From a virus: a stretch of 64,000 bases of DNA. The DNA lies in IMG/VR virus record IMGVR_UViG_3300047160_007578, positions 32,001 to 96,000 of that record; one strand, given 5' to 3'. Under the pieces are notes generated by a model that was given only the letters and a program-made list of their open reading frames with translations, was not told the DNA's origin and did no database searches. Shown here piece by piece: positions 10,332 to 20,547 of the stretch. Position 1 is the stretch's first letter, and every line of letters starts with the position of its first letter. Position numbers and translations under genes: made by a program.

Positions 10332-10945
10332 TCGAAAAGATTAATGATCACTCGACTATCGCTTCCATTATGAGCACGACCATTGGATAATATGGTTTCC
10401 TTCTCCAGCTTAGACAATTCAAATAACCTACTCTCTAGTGATTGCAATTTGGAAACGACTGTGCTCCCATCCTTGGGGACCTCGATCAATGTCATATAAT
10501 CAGTAAAGGTTATTTCCTCTTTCCTTGATCCCTCGAATTTATTATACACGTCACTCTCAGTCACTCGGATAATGAAATGATCCAAAGTCTTAGGAAGCGT
10601 ATTACTGCCAGACAATGGCACTGTGGCGCTAGCGCTAGGCGCTGTGGCAGGCCCGGACTCAACTGCATTGGCCTTGACCAAAGAACGTCCACTGTTGGTG
10701 ACTCGATATTTCTTCCTACCGGTTCGCTTCAATAATCCTCTCTGTACCAGACCCTTGACTCCCATCAAGTTGGACAGCACCTTATTTTCGGCGGGGTGCT
10801 CGTTCTCATACCCTTCCAATCCGAACACATTCCGATTGAATTCCCACGCCGCCACGACCAGTTCCGATTCAGTGAATTCGTCGCCCAGCTTGGACGCAGC
10901 TGTCAAGATGATTTCCGGCCTGGTTATTTCAGATCGCATTGTCAC
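10271..10945 (-). CDS. putative winged-helix DNA-binding protein
   Basis: wHTH-like N-terminus ending GLVQRGLLKRTGRKKYRVT. Confidence 0.55.
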   Translation of the reverse strand: MTMRSEITRPEIILTAASKLGDEFTESELVVAAWEFNRNVFGLEGYENEHPAENKVLSNLMGVKGLVQRGLLKRTGRKKYRVTNSGRSLVKANAVESGPATAPSASATVPLSGSNTLPKTLDHFIIRVTESDVYNKFEGSRKEEITFTDYMTLIEVPKDGSTVVSKLQSLESRLFELSKLEKETILSNGRAHNGSDSRVIINLFDWLATKFEKHLKLMATREKK

Positions 10946-10982
10946 TCCTTTCGATTAATAATCCTTTCAAACAAACACTGTA

Positions 10983-11225
10983 TTACACAAACACGATATC
11001 TTTGTGCGGATTGCTTGGAGCGTTCCTTACCAGCTCAGTCAACGCTTCGCCATTACCGAGAGCCGCATCCAATTGTTCCGGACTGATTTCGTTCCTGCGT
11101 ATCGGATAATAAAGTGCCTCGTAGTGCTGTTGAGTATCCAAACCGAAATCAACGATCGCGGCTGTACGAGGCCACATGTCCAGGTTGATACTGTCGATGA
11201 GATTCTGCGTAGTCGGTCTAACCAT
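10983..11225 (-). CDS. hypothetical protein
   Basis: tiles operon. Confidence 0.6.
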   Translation of the reverse strand: MVRPTTQNLIDSINLDMWPRTAAIVDFGLDTQQHYEALYYPIRRNEISPEQLDAALGNGEALTELVRNAPSNPHKDIVFV

Positions 11226-11251
11226 TCGTCCCTCTGATTACTAATCACTGG

Positions 11252-11845
11252 TCAGTTCTTCTCAATCAAGTGTAATCTCGAATTGATCGCAAGACCTTCA
11301 ACGTATTGGTTATGCTTCATCAAACCGGAATCAATCAATTGGTACGCATTCTCTGCTTCCAATTCAGCCACATTCTTATCACTTGGAAGTTCTATTTCAG
11401 CCCCCATCTTATCCAGCATATCTTGTAACGCTCGACCTTCAGGCGTATCAGTCACATGGTGCGGCTTGAGCCGCGGCAACAATTCTCCGTTCTTTGCCCA
11501 TAGCTCACACAATATTTCTCTGTTGGTTATCCCGTCGGTTCCAGTCAAGAGCCATTGAGTTGCCCAAGGCTTTTCACCATTAGGTATCATAAGGCCCGTT
11601 ATCGGCAAGTCAACGTTGACGTTACAATAGAAGTTCACTACACCGATTATTTTGTCTCCAACTACCAGAGTATACTTTTCATCCGGTAATTGAGATATCT
11701 TTCCTTTCAATTTCGCCGCAGGTATCTCAACCGTATCACCGATATGGAAACGATCATTAATCACACCGATCAATTTCTTCCAATCTTCCATAGCGGCAGT
11801 TTGCCTAAAGGGCGGTCGTGGTAGGATCATCGCGGCACTCTCCAA
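11252..11845 (-). CDS. hypothetical protein
   Basis: 197-aa ORF. Confidence 0.65.
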   Translation of the reverse strand: MESAAMILPRPPFRQTAAMEDWKKLIGVINDRFHIGDTVEIPAAKLKGKISQLPDEKYTLVVGDKIIGVVNFYCNVNVDLPITGLMIPNGEKPWATQWLLTGTDGITNREILCELWAKNGELLPRLKPHHVTDTPEGRALQDMLDKMGAEIELPSDKNVAELEAENAYQLIDSGLMKHNQYVEGLAINSRLHLIEKN

Positions 11846-12096
11846 CCTCTCATATTATACTCCCGAATCGTGTGCTCGAAATCTTTGGACGGTACGTTCC
11901 GCGTTTCGCAGACAACGACAGCACAGGGACCGACACCGACCAAAATGTATCTGGTGTGCTTGACTATTTCTTGGTACCCATCAAAGGCCAAAACATCGCC
12001 GGCATGGGGAGCAATGACCATATCTGCTGGAAGGTTCTTTGTTAAGAACACACTATTCCTCATTTCGACACTATGGATTTCGATTTCTAAGATCAT
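11827..12096 (-). CDS. hypothetical protein
   Basis: ATGA overlap with upstream ORF. Confidence 0.6.
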   Translation of the reverse strand: MILEIEIHSVEMRNSVFLTKNLPADMVIAPHAGDVLAFDGYQEIVKHTRYILVGVGPCAVVVCETRNVPSKDFEHTIREYNMRGWRVPR

Positions 12097-12659
12097 TCTC
12101 CCTTCCTTCCGGTTCTCAATTTTTTGACTCTCAGAACACCCACATCACCATTAATATCAGCGGGGAATCGCATCGACTCGTTGATGTATTTCCAGATCGG
12201 GCGTGTTCCATATCTTGGAACCGACCGTTTGTGTTCAACACACAAAACAATCGGTGTGATGATTGGCTCAAGTTCATCATCCAAGAACAGAACGACAACG
12301 TATGCCGCTTGATTCTTACAATCGGAATAAGTACAAATGCCCCATGAACACCGTTCACAAGCAACGCCACAGAAAAGATACCCGAACTTTGGCAAATAAA
12401 TCGACGGTGATTCAACGGGAATCTTTCCACAGAATGTGCAACCTTGATTAAAAGTCAAATTCAATAGCTTATCTTCTTGTTCGCAATTCATTACCTCACA
12501 ATTGGGTGTCCTACAATATCTTTTATTAGCGTCGTTGTATTCTTCCATACTCACAAAGAATAAACCGTGCTCAGGGCAGTATAATCCGAACGGAGTTGAC
12601 GCGGTGATAATCACGACAGCCTCCTTTGATCGAATTAATTGTTTCAGATCATTAATCAA
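12093..12659 (-). CDS. Cys-rich multi-Zn-finger hypothetical protein
   Basis: many CxxC/CxxH motifs. Confidence 0.6.
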   Translation of the reverse strand: MINDLKQLIRSKEAVVIITASTPFGLYCPEHGLFFVSMEEYNDANKRYCRTPNCEVMNCEQEDKLLNLTFNQGCTFCGKIPVESPSIYLPKFGYLFCGVACERCSWGICTYSDCKNQAAYVVVLFLDDELEPIITPIVLCVEHKRSVPRYGTRPIWKYINESMRFPADINGDVGVLRVKKLRTGRKGE

Positions 12660-13163
12660 TCACCGATGAAACAACGTATCTACCATCGAATCTAGGTCTT
12701 TACGGAGATTCTCTATTGCCGCATCAATTGATGGGCCGATGCCTCTTACGATATTATCGTGGAAATTAGGATCGAAAGGATTAGCATTGATACTGGATTC
12801 AAAATTGGTATTGCCCATGATCGCGATACCAACGCGAGCCTCATATTCTTCGCGGCTCGGCCAGTAAACCACTACCAATTGAGTAACTATAGCCACTCCC
12901 GGACTGGTCCTGAGAGTTATTCCGAAATCCATATTGATTGGTGTCGGTCCAAGCTCGGCTGTAATCGGTATCTCTCGTCCGATCTTGAACACTACCGACC
13001 GACCACACCAGATACATTGACCATATCGTTCCTTTACCCGATCATCGTCCCTGTTGAAAGAGACTTCGGGACTGAGAATCACTTTCCCGCATCCGCTATT
13101 AGGGCACTTGACTTGCTCGAAATGTCTCAAAATCCTGGTGCTTTTTATCCCCATAGTTTCCAC
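12660..13163 (-). CDS. Zn-ribbon hypothetical protein
   Basis: CPNSGC...CIWC. Confidence 0.6.
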   Translation of the reverse strand: METMGIKSTRILRHFEQVKCPNSGCGKVILSPEVSFNRDDDRVKERYGQCIWCGRSVVFKIGREIPITAELGPTPINMDFGITLRTSPGVAIVTQLVVVYWPSREEYEARVGIAIMGNTNFESSINANPFDPNFHDNIVRGIGPSIDAAIENLRKDLDSMVDTLFHR

Positions 13164-13391
13164 CGATGGTTCTTGTTGTTTTCAATCATATCAATACACT
13201 CTATCAAGTCTCTCTCATTCAAAGGCAAATCAAGATGATTATTAATCTCCGTGGCTATTGAATGTATACTTGGGCCCACACCAACATCAGGATTTGCATT
13301 GTCCAAAGCAATTGTAGTCAGAATCAGCACCACCATCAGTTCCTTTTCCCGCTTGGTCATTGGAACTGGATCAGTTACATTACTTCGCATA

Positions 13392-13922
13392 CTATTTCCT
13401 TTCCTTACTTTTCATTTCCATATCAGCTTCACAGATTTGACCGCCCTTTTCCACAAATTTCCGCTTCCATTCCGCCAGCTTCTCGGGTGTCCCGTACATT
13501 TTGCCCTCGAAGAAGAACATCGAAGTCCTTTCCATTTCACGCATAAATCCTTTTGCTCGAGCGCTCAATGTACCCTTTCCGTATCGAAACATGCCAATCA
13601 CACCCTCCAACGGAGGCACAGCCATCACCGTGATTACTAATCCTAATTTATCTGGTCGGTATGCTTGCTTACCGTGCATTATCATGTTCTGTACCCACGC
13701 GCAATAAAAATCCTTGCACTTGGGCGGGCGACTATTGTAGATACCGCAACCGCAGCCACGGCCCTTAGGATTCTTCAACAGGAATTCGCAATCAACGTCC
13801 CGTTTCTTTTCCAGTTCGCTGATTGTGAACACTGTACAGCAAGCCGTACAATCACCACAACCAACGTCCCTCGCTTCCCTTGGTGCCATCGCCAGCGGAA
13901 TCATCCGGCTCCTTTGTTTCAT
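13392..13922 (-). CDS. YkgJ/UPF0153-like cysteine-cluster protein
   Basis: CGDCTACC...CEFL...CGIYNSRPPKC. Confidence 0.8.
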   Translation of the reverse strand: MKQRSRMIPLAMAPREARDVGCGDCTACCTVFTISELEKKRDVDCEFLLKNPKGRGCGCGIYNSRPPKCKDFYCAWVQNMIMHGKQAYRPDKLGLVITVMAVPPLEGVIGMFRYGKGTLSARAKGFMREMERTSMFFFEGKMYGTPEKLAEWKRKFVEKGGQICEADMEMKSKERK

Positions 13923-13936
13923 TTTCCTCCCTCTGG

Positions 13937-14449
13937 TTATTTCCGGATTATTAATCGTTCCTCACCATTTTCCTTCACTATTTCCATTACCGGCGTATGA
14001 TATTGTCGCCCATCAAACAACTGAACTTTCATTTTGCTTCCACAATAACGTTCAATGAACCACTGCAATTGTCCTGCGTTACTGATCAGGTCGATTGGTG
14101 CTCCCACGCCGCGGCTCTCATGGCATTCTTCGTGCCACTGTCCTTCGGGACCGACGACGATTTTGAACAGATTTTCATTCAGTTCAGAGAACGGTACAGC
14201 GTTTTCCAATAATGGACGCTTGCAGATAATACACACGTTCAGACAATTGTAATGCGCGAATTCTTTCCCGTATTTCAACACCACCCGCATAGGCGGTGCA
14301 ACTGATTCTATGAGAATATCACGTTGATTTTCGCGAAACAGTTTGATTGGTTCGCCGCAAATCCGGCAAATACTTTTAGCTTTCGCTTCTTCCAGACTGA
14401 TCATGGTTGTTTTGTCTCCGTAGGGACTTCTTCCTGCCGCTTCCACCAA
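13937..14449 (-). CDS. hypothetical protein with two CxxC...HxxC fingers
   Basis: CRIC..HYNC and CIIC..HEEC. Confidence 0.6.
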   Translation of the reverse strand: MVEAAGRSPYGDKTTMISLEEAKAKSICRICGEPIKLFRENQRDILIESVAPPMRVVLKYGKEFAHYNCLNVCIICKRPLLENAVPFSELNENLFKIVVGPEGQWHEECHESRGVGAPIDLISNAGQLQWFIERYCGSKMKVQLFDGRQYHTPVMEIVKENGEERLIIRK

Positions 14450-14637
14450 TGGACATTATCCATCGCAAAGTCCCGAGTTTCCATCTTCTGCAAATCAAAC
14501 GCTTCACAGTGCCACCCAGCAATCGGATGGAACGCTGTACTGCCGAACCACATCCGAATCGGCCGAATCAGCCGTAAGGCTCGTTTGCCCTTGTGATTCG
14601 TGTAATCGATTTTGACAATCGAAGGATCAAACCCCAT
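14401..14637 (-). CDS. stand-alone WYL-domain protein
   Basis: IDYTNHKG..R.IRP....WHCEAFD....RDFAM pattern. Confidence 0.75.
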   Translation of the reverse strand: MGFDPSIVKIDYTNHKGKRALRLIRPIRMWFGSTAFHPIAGWHCEAFDLQKMETRDFAMDNVHWWKRQEEVPTETKQP

Positions 14638-14662
14638 TGTCCTTTCCTCTCTTGATTATTAA

Positions 14663-15055
14663 TCACTCCGGTTTGGGCACTGGAAGTACACATACTCTTG
14701 ACCAGTGACTATAAAACAGATTGTGAACAAGATCATAAGTCCTACCATTTTCTTCCATCATCATGCCACTCTGATGATCAAACTCGATCATCCGTGGCCG
14801 ATTGATTCTGGTATCCCAAACATTATAGAAACCAGATTGAGTTGGAATCCGATCCTTGAATGGATGCCAGTTCTCCAGTATCTCCCACTGATAGCACCAG
14901 CCCGAAATCGTGAAGATATTCAGTCCGCGTTTGGTATCCCAACAAGCACGCATATAATCGTAAACAGCCGTTACTATGCCAAGCTCAGTATTAACAAATA
15001 CCCGCTCACTCTCGCCCACCACTTCCGGTGGTGCTCCTGTCCGCCAGTTGATCAT
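14663..15055 (-). CDS. hypothetical protein (two DUF551-like repeats)
   Basis: two W..P...W modules. Confidence 0.5.
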   Translation of the reverse strand: MINWRTGAPPEVVGESERVFVNTELGIVTAVYDYMRACWDTKRGLNIFTISGWCYQWEILENWHPFKDRIPTQSGFYNVWDTRINRPRMIEFDHQSGMMMEENGRTYDLVHNLFYSHWSRVCVLPVPKPE

Positions 15056-15102
15056 TCTGCTTTCCTCCCAATCATTCTAGCTCCTTTGTGATTATAAATC
15101 AG

Positions 15103-15130
15103 GCCCCGCGGCAGTCTCCTGCCGCGGGGC
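15103..15130. terminator. GC-rich hairpin, likely terminator or processing site
   Basis: perfect 12-bp stem GCCCCGCGGCAG/CTGCCGCGGGGC, 4-nt loop. Confidence 0.65.
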
Positions 15131-15143
15131 AGGGAACCACCAA

Positions 15144-15926
15144 CTATTCAGCCCAACCGTCTAACATATCGGAATCGATCCACGTTCGGACATGTCCAGA
15201 ATTATAACTGATACTTTCCTTCGTGAATGGGTACCACGAGAACCGACGATCGCTGCCCCTAATGGATACACCGTAGTTCTCGCTGGCTCCAGCTTGCTGG
15301 TGACATTCGATACACTTCTTACCAGCACCCTTGAAGCCGATAGGGCGATCAGCTTCGGGAGCCTTCCATTCGACGCGATCATCCCAGCCGTTTTTCGTTT
15401 TGGTGCTCATCCTAAGCTCGAACGGCCAGCCTGTTTTCCCGTCGGGCGTACAGGCACAGAGTAGATCGACAAACTCTGTGCCTTCAGGAAATTCCCACTT
15501 CAATTGAGGAAGCCAGCGGGATGCCATCGGAACTGGCACCCGCTCCGTCCAATATCGGACAGACTTCCCTTTCGGTATCGTGACGCCGAATACGTTGAAC
15601 CAGAGATTTCGCGGTATGTTGTCCATGCCGCCGGGAAATGCGTAAGGGAATTTTTTGTTCGGATTGAGTTGGGGTCGATCATCGGTGCCGTGGTGCCCCC
15701 ACCAGTGGACACCGTTGTAGTCCTGGCCATTATTGATTACCAGATATTGTGAAGCCCGCGGCATCGAATCGCCGTTATAGAATTTTAATCCTTTCGGGAA
15801 CTCCACATTTTTCGGCCAGAATTGTTTCCAGTATTTTTGATCATTCTCTCCGAGATACTGGTCGCCGTGGACCGTTGGAACCGGAATCAGGAAAACAAAC
15901 AGGACCACGGCATAAAACTGCTTCAT
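15144..15926 (-). CDS. secreted protein with CxxCH (c-type heme) motif
   Basis: signal peptide MKQFYAVVLFVFLIP..VHG; CIECH; GAGGAG RBS. Confidence 0.6.
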   Translation of the reverse strand: MKQFYAVVLFVFLIPVPTVHGDQYLGENDQKYWKQFWPKNVEFPKGLKFYNGDSMPRASQYLVINNGQDYNGVHWWGHHGTDDRPQLNPNKKFPYAFPGGMDNIPRNLWFNVFGVTIPKGKSVRYWTERVPVPMASRWLPQLKWEFPEGTEFVDLLCACTPDGKTGWPFELRMSTKTKNGWDDRVEWKAPEADRPIGFKGAGKKCIECHQQAGASENYGVSIRGSDRRFSWYPFTKESISYNSGHVRTWIDSDMLDGWAE

Positions 15927-16017
15927 GCTGAACTCCTCATGAGATACAGGTTTAGGATCACAGCGTGATAGAATCACACCATAAATCCAATAAACCCCTC
16001 CTCTGCTCCTGTTGTTG

Positions 16018-16293
16018 CTACTCGTCCTTATCCTTGCTGTCGCCCTTGCCCTTATCCTTGGGCTGCCAGTCTGGGCCTTTTCCCTTTTCCTTGTCCCAGC
16101 CGGGCGGGGGCAAAGGTGTCGGTATCGGCCCCTCGAAGATCGGCGGTGGACCCATCCTTGGTTGACAGGGCATCACGATGATGCACTGTGGTGGCGGACC
16201 ACAATGGCTATGACCCCTCCGGTGCCGGCGACACGCATCCGCTGTGCCGACGATCAGCAGTGCCAGTAGCACCGCTCCGATCAATCTGAACAT
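16018..16293 (-). CDS. small secreted Pro-rich protein
   Basis: signal peptide then RRHRRG...PPP; GGAGG RBS. Confidence 0.6.
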   Translation of the reverse strand: MFRLIGAVLLALLIVGTADACRRHRRGHSHCGPPPQCIIVMPCQPRMGPPPIFEGPIPTPLPPPGWDKEKGKGPDWQPKDKGKGDSKDKDE

Positions 16294-16372
16294 AGGAAAT
16301 CCTCCTACGACCACGAAATTGGCGAGTTCATCATCGGCCAACATAGACCGTGAACCCGCCAAAGATCATTAA

Positions 16373-16945
16373 TCAAGTCGCTCGACTCTCAGTCTTGACA
16401 GCCTCGCTCTTGGTCTTGCCAAGGCTCATCGCCGCGACTTGAAGATATTTCAAAGCTTCATCGAATCCACCTACCTTATCAATGTACTCGAGCGCCGCAT
16501 CCAATTTGCCTTTTACTGCCTGCTTTTGCTCATCCGTGACTTTCACAATCTCCGACTTGATCGGGCGGGTTCCCCGGCAATTCGGGTATCTTTCACAGGA
16601 CCAGAACTGCCCGAACTTCCCATCCCGTACCACCATATTCGCTGAACACTGCGGGCATACAGGAGCGTCCGCGACCTGTCCGTCTCGGGCCTTATCAAGT
16701 ACTTCGTTCAATTCAACTTCGCTATTGGCTTTCATATCATAATACTTCTGTTGAGCAACAGCGTATGACAAATGATAATACTTCGCCAAGAATTTGATAT
16801 CGGAAGCTCGCTGCCGACTTCTTTTCTTCGCAAGCTCCCGCTTATCAACCGTTTCCTCTCTGCCAATTGTTTCCGGTGGTGGCCCTGGAAGGATTTCATC
16901 CGGTTCCGGTCCACGTTGCTCGAACGAATTTTCGTCTGGTTTCAT
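16373..16945 (-). CDS. protein with topoisomerase-type C4 zinc ribbon
   Basis: CPQCSANMVVRDGKFGQFWSCERYPNC. Confidence 0.8.
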   Translation of the reverse strand: MKPDENSFEQRGPEPDEILPGPPPETIGREETVDKRELAKKRSRQRASDIKFLAKYYHLSYAVAQQKYYDMKANSEVELNEVLDKARDGQVADAPVCPQCSANMVVRDGKFGQFWSCERYPNCRGTRPIKSEIVKVTDEQKQAVKGKLDAALEYIDKVGGFDEALKYLQVAAMSLGKTKSEAVKTESRAT

Positions 16946-17138
16946 CGACCCCTCCTCCTTTCACTATATTGGTATTTCCAGTGACCCGCGACGAGCTTGT
17001 AGAAGTACCAAGAATTATTAATCAATTTGATCCTGACCTTGGTCGGACCCACCCATTGTAATACAGTGATTTCATCCCGTTTGAACATATTCCGCAATTC
17101 AATCGGAATCGTATTGTACCGCTCTTTAGATATTGCCA

Positions 17139-17354
17139 TTACTTTTTATTCCTTAGTTCTTCTTGTCGTAACGCTTCTTCGATTCCTTCTTCAACTACGT
17201 TTCCATTAAGCTTTTTAAGAACATCGTCAAATTTTTTATTACGAAGTTCGACACTATCATTATACCGTATTATTTCCGCTAGTTGATTATTTAGTCTGTA
17301 AAGATTAAAAATCACAATTAAACACCCAAGAAACACCAAAGTCCGTCGAAGCAT
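17139..17354 (-). CDS. small membrane-anchored protein
   Basis: N-terminal TM segment plus coiled coil. Confidence 0.55.
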   Translation of the reverse strand: MLRRTLVFLGCLIVIFNLYRLNNQLAEIIRYNDSVELRNKKFDDVLKKLNGNVVEEGIEEALRQEELRNKK

Positions 17355-17645
17355 AAATCCTCCCTGGTCTAATCCTCCACAATCATCGAGGACACAAGCA
17401 ACTGATCCTGCATAGGTCCAGGATAGTTGTCCTTGATCGCGTCCTTTGCCTCCATTTCAGTGTCGAACGTCGTCGCGTCCGTCCGCAGACGAGTGAAAAT
17501 CCAACCCTCAATCGGGTCTTCGGTCGCCCAACCTCCCCCGTTCTTGTCCACAACGATGTACTTGAGTGTGGCCATCGGTTTCCTTTCTCTGAAAGCGAAT
17601 ATTGCAAAACCAATTATTGTCAAGGCATAATCAACCCACAACATA

Positions 17646-18209
17646 TCATTCCTCCGATTCTTGTTCTTCGGTGGAAGCCGCTTCCGTGATCTGTTCCTGA
17701 GCATCCGTAGATTCTACTCCCTCAGAACTTCCGAGTCCCTTCTGGCCGCGCTCGGACGGAATCGCGAGTAAATCTTCCATGCTGACCTGAACCCAATTGA
17801 CCGCAGGCAATTCTTGAATCACAATCTGAGCCACTCGCATCCCGTGTCTGATCATGAACGGTTCACGCATGAACGAGTGCAGAATGATTCCCCACTGGCC
17901 ACGGTAGGACCAGTCGATAAGACCGCCGAAAGGAACAACATCGGGTGTATCTTGTGGAGAATTAATAATCATTTCCCGAAAAACGTGAAGTCCCTTGGCT
18001 CCGAAGGAACTCCGATCCCAAACGAACGCGGCATAGCCCGGCGGCAATGCAGCGTGGAATCCCAGGGGAATGATCTTGGTATGACCGGGACTGATGATGT
18101 GTTCACCATAGCTGAAAACATCCCAGCCGATCGAGTCAGGCTGTTGCGACGGGGGCACCGTTTGATCATTAACCGCTGCCCAGGGTAGCTCAATCGCCAT
18201 CGTCGTCAT
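17646..18209 (-). CDS. dut: dUTPase (trimeric)
   Basis: motifs GWDV, DRSSFG, GLIDWSYRG, RVAQIV, RGQKGLGSS. Confidence 0.92.
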   Translation of the reverse strand: MTTMAIELPWAAVNDQTVPPSQQPDSIGWDVFSYGEHIISPGHTKIIPLGFHAALPPGYAAFVWDRSSFGAKGLHVFREMIINSPQDTPDVVPFGGLIDWSYRGQWGIILHSFMREPFMIRHGMRVAQIVIQELPAVNWVQVSMEDLLAIPSERGQKGLGSSEGVESTDAQEQITEAASTEEQESEE

Positions 18210-18213
18210 CCTC

Positions 18214-18471
18214 CTATTCTGGCAGAGTGAATACGGCCAATTTGCTGATCTGATTGAGTTCCGTCGCAGTTGCTGAAAACTCAGGCCGCGGATCGCGGAA
18301 ATAAACGTAGACGTGCCACATTACTTTTTCAGGTATCGATTTGTTCGGTAACAGAAGAATGAATTGACCGAATACTTGGTGCCAACCCATTCGAGGATTA
18401 TTAATCGGAAAGTAATGCTTTACTTCCTCGGGCGTGAACTCATGCTTTGAGTCTGGCATCGGCAGCTTCAC
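18214..18471 (-). CDS. hypothetical protein
   Basis: GTGA overlap with upstream ORF. Confidence 0.55.
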   Translation of the reverse strand: MKLPMPDSKHEFTPEEVKHYFPINNPRMGWHQVFGQFILLLPNKSIPEKVMWHVYVYFRDPRPEFSATATELNQISKLAVFTLPE

Positions 18472-18818
18472 GAATATTCTCCTCTCCGTTCCATCGGTGG
18501 TGGAACTCTGTAGATATCGCGATTGTTGAATACTTTTTCGTGTACTTCTTGCCCGCGATAGGGGCTGCGAGATAGGAGTTCAGTTTCCAAAGTTGTCAGA
18601 CAATGGAACCAAACCGTCGGATTGAACCGTGGACCCTTGTAAGCGATCCACGGATAGCAAGAATCGTCGATTGTGAGCCCGAGATTCTTTGCCGTAGTTG
18701 GCGTCATCGTCTCATGCGTCTCAGAATCGTATTGCCAATCGTGTTCGTTATCACCGTCACCGCAGTATTTTGACTGGTTGGTCTTCGTTGTCTTTCCGCA
18801 CTTCGTGCACTTCGGCAT
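18468..18818 (-). CDS. hypothetical protein
   Basis: tiles operon. Confidence 0.6.
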   Translation of the reverse strand: MPKCTKCGKTTKTNQSKYCGDGDNEHDWQYDSETHETMTPTTAKNLGLTIDDSCYPWIAYKGPRFNPTVWFHCLTTLETELLSRSPYRGQEVHEKVFNNRDIYRVPPPMERRGEYS

Positions 18819-19291
18819 GATTTTTAATCACTCCGAAACGAATCATTCCGCAATTACGGGTTATTCCGTTATTGGGTTATTCCGCAATCAACATGCCCTC
18901 ATCATCGACGGTGACTTCCTCTTTACCTTGCATGAACAAAATCGCGATCTGAAAATCAGCAGCGGTCGCCGTGTATCCAGATGCAAGCAAATCCGGTATC
19001 AGGCTCTCTTCCAAGTGTGCAATAAATTCAGTTCGAGTTAGTGACACAGCCATTATTGTGGTACCTCTGTTTCTGGCGCCGCCGCTTGCACCAAATCCCG
19101 AATCGGGACCGTTCGCACAATCACGTTGGATGTGCTTCTGACTACCGCCGCAATCGCTTGATCTGTGTTGCCTGCGAAGGTATAGCTGATGTTTCCGTCG
19201 ATTTCAACGGAGAACGCCACCTGTCGCGAACTTCCACCACGCTGGCCGAGTAGGAACCCGGCCAGCTTTCCAAGTGAATCAAAAACGTGCC

Positions 19292-19555
19292 TCATGTTTT
19301 CTCTGTTGGTTTGCGAGGTTTGTCGGTATTAATGGACTTTTCGTTCTTCGCGTCCGTCAAGTCTTGATCGTTAAAAACGACTTCGACATGGAACTCGACA
19401 TTATCTTTATCGGCAATCCGCATCGTATATTCGTTGCGGTCGCTATTCCACTCCAATTGTACCCAAATATTATTCACATGAAACGGATTCGGTCCGCCGT
19501 CCTGTCTGAGCCCTGGGCTTACGGGGTTGATATGTGCCCCTGATTTCACTTGCAT
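19292..19555 (-). CDS. hypothetical protein
   Basis: tiles operon. Confidence 0.55.
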   Translation of the reverse strand: MQVKSGAHINPVSPGLRQDGGPNPFHVNNIWVQLEWNSDRNEYTMRIADKDNVEFHVEVVFNDQDLTDAKNEKSINTDKPRKPTEKT

Positions 19556-19752
19556 TGCACTCTCCAGTCACTTCGTAGATTGCGACCCTTTCCTTTTGAT
19601 CAACGTAGATGAGAACGAGATTTTGTCCGAGTATCCCGAAGTGATCGAAGAAATACTTATTCACCACCGAATCGATTTGATCCAGGTCCCTGATGTTATC
19701 CAAAACAGTCAAGGGCATCGGCAGGCGTTGACGATTGTTGTTGGAAAGATCA

Positions 19753-20379
19753 TTAATCATCGGCATCATTCCTTTTCTTCTTCGGTTTGGGTCCAGTCTT
19801 TTTCAAACCGCAGGCATCCAACCAATGAAACCGTGTTGGTAAAGTGGGCGGATTCTTTTCCCAAATACACCAACCGTATGGACACGCGTCGTATTGATTC
19901 CAACCAAAATTAGGACGGCGACACAAGCAGTATATATCAGATGGCCGATGTTCCAATAATTGTTCGGAACGTCTAATACCGGTCAACAGAGACAATCGGA
20001 GCAAGAATACTGCTTTGCCCTGAAAATTGAGAAGTGTTATCGCTTTCCGAAGGAATTCGTAGAATTGATTGTAAGGCGGATTAGTGATTATTAAATCGAA
20101 ACCACATGCTACAGTATCACTCAAAAAATCTTGGTTGTAATAGTGGACCCGCGGATGTTCACTCAAGCTCAGTGGAAATATTGCCGGGTCACGTTCAACT
20201 GCTGTAATAATAAAACTGAAGTCATCCCTATGTAATAGAACTTTTACTATTGCTCCGTTACCAGCCGCCGGCTCCAACACGTTGAGAAGCCGATCATTAA
20301 TCAAATCGGCCCCGTAAAGGATATCGCGAATCGTTTGCGTTGGCGTAACGAAATACGTATCGGCAACCTTGCTGGTCAT
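19753..20379 (-). CDS. N6-adenine DNA methyltransferase (gamma-type motif order)
   Basis: VLEPAAGNG SAM motif followed by NPPY. Confidence 0.88.
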   Translation of the reverse strand: MTSKVADTYFVTPTQTIRDILYGADLINDRLLNVLEPAAGNGAIVKVLLHRDDFSFIITAVERDPAIFPLSLSEHPRVHYYNQDFLSDTVACGFDLIITNPPYNQFYEFLRKAITLLNFQGKAVFLLRLSLLTGIRRSEQLLEHRPSDIYCLCRRPNFGWNQYDACPYGWCIWEKNPPTLPTRFHWLDACGLKKTGPKPKKKRNDADD

Positions 20380-20547
20380 GTTTTTGCCCGGAGTAGAGGT
20401 TCCACTGTGATTATTAATCGCGAATCAAATGTTTTTCCGTATTTTTTGGCTTTTCGCTTACGTTTGAATGGGCCGTAAATGCCTAAGTTGGTGGGCGAGT
20501 ATTTGCTATAGACAACAACCACCCACCTTTTCTTCATCCGATATCTC

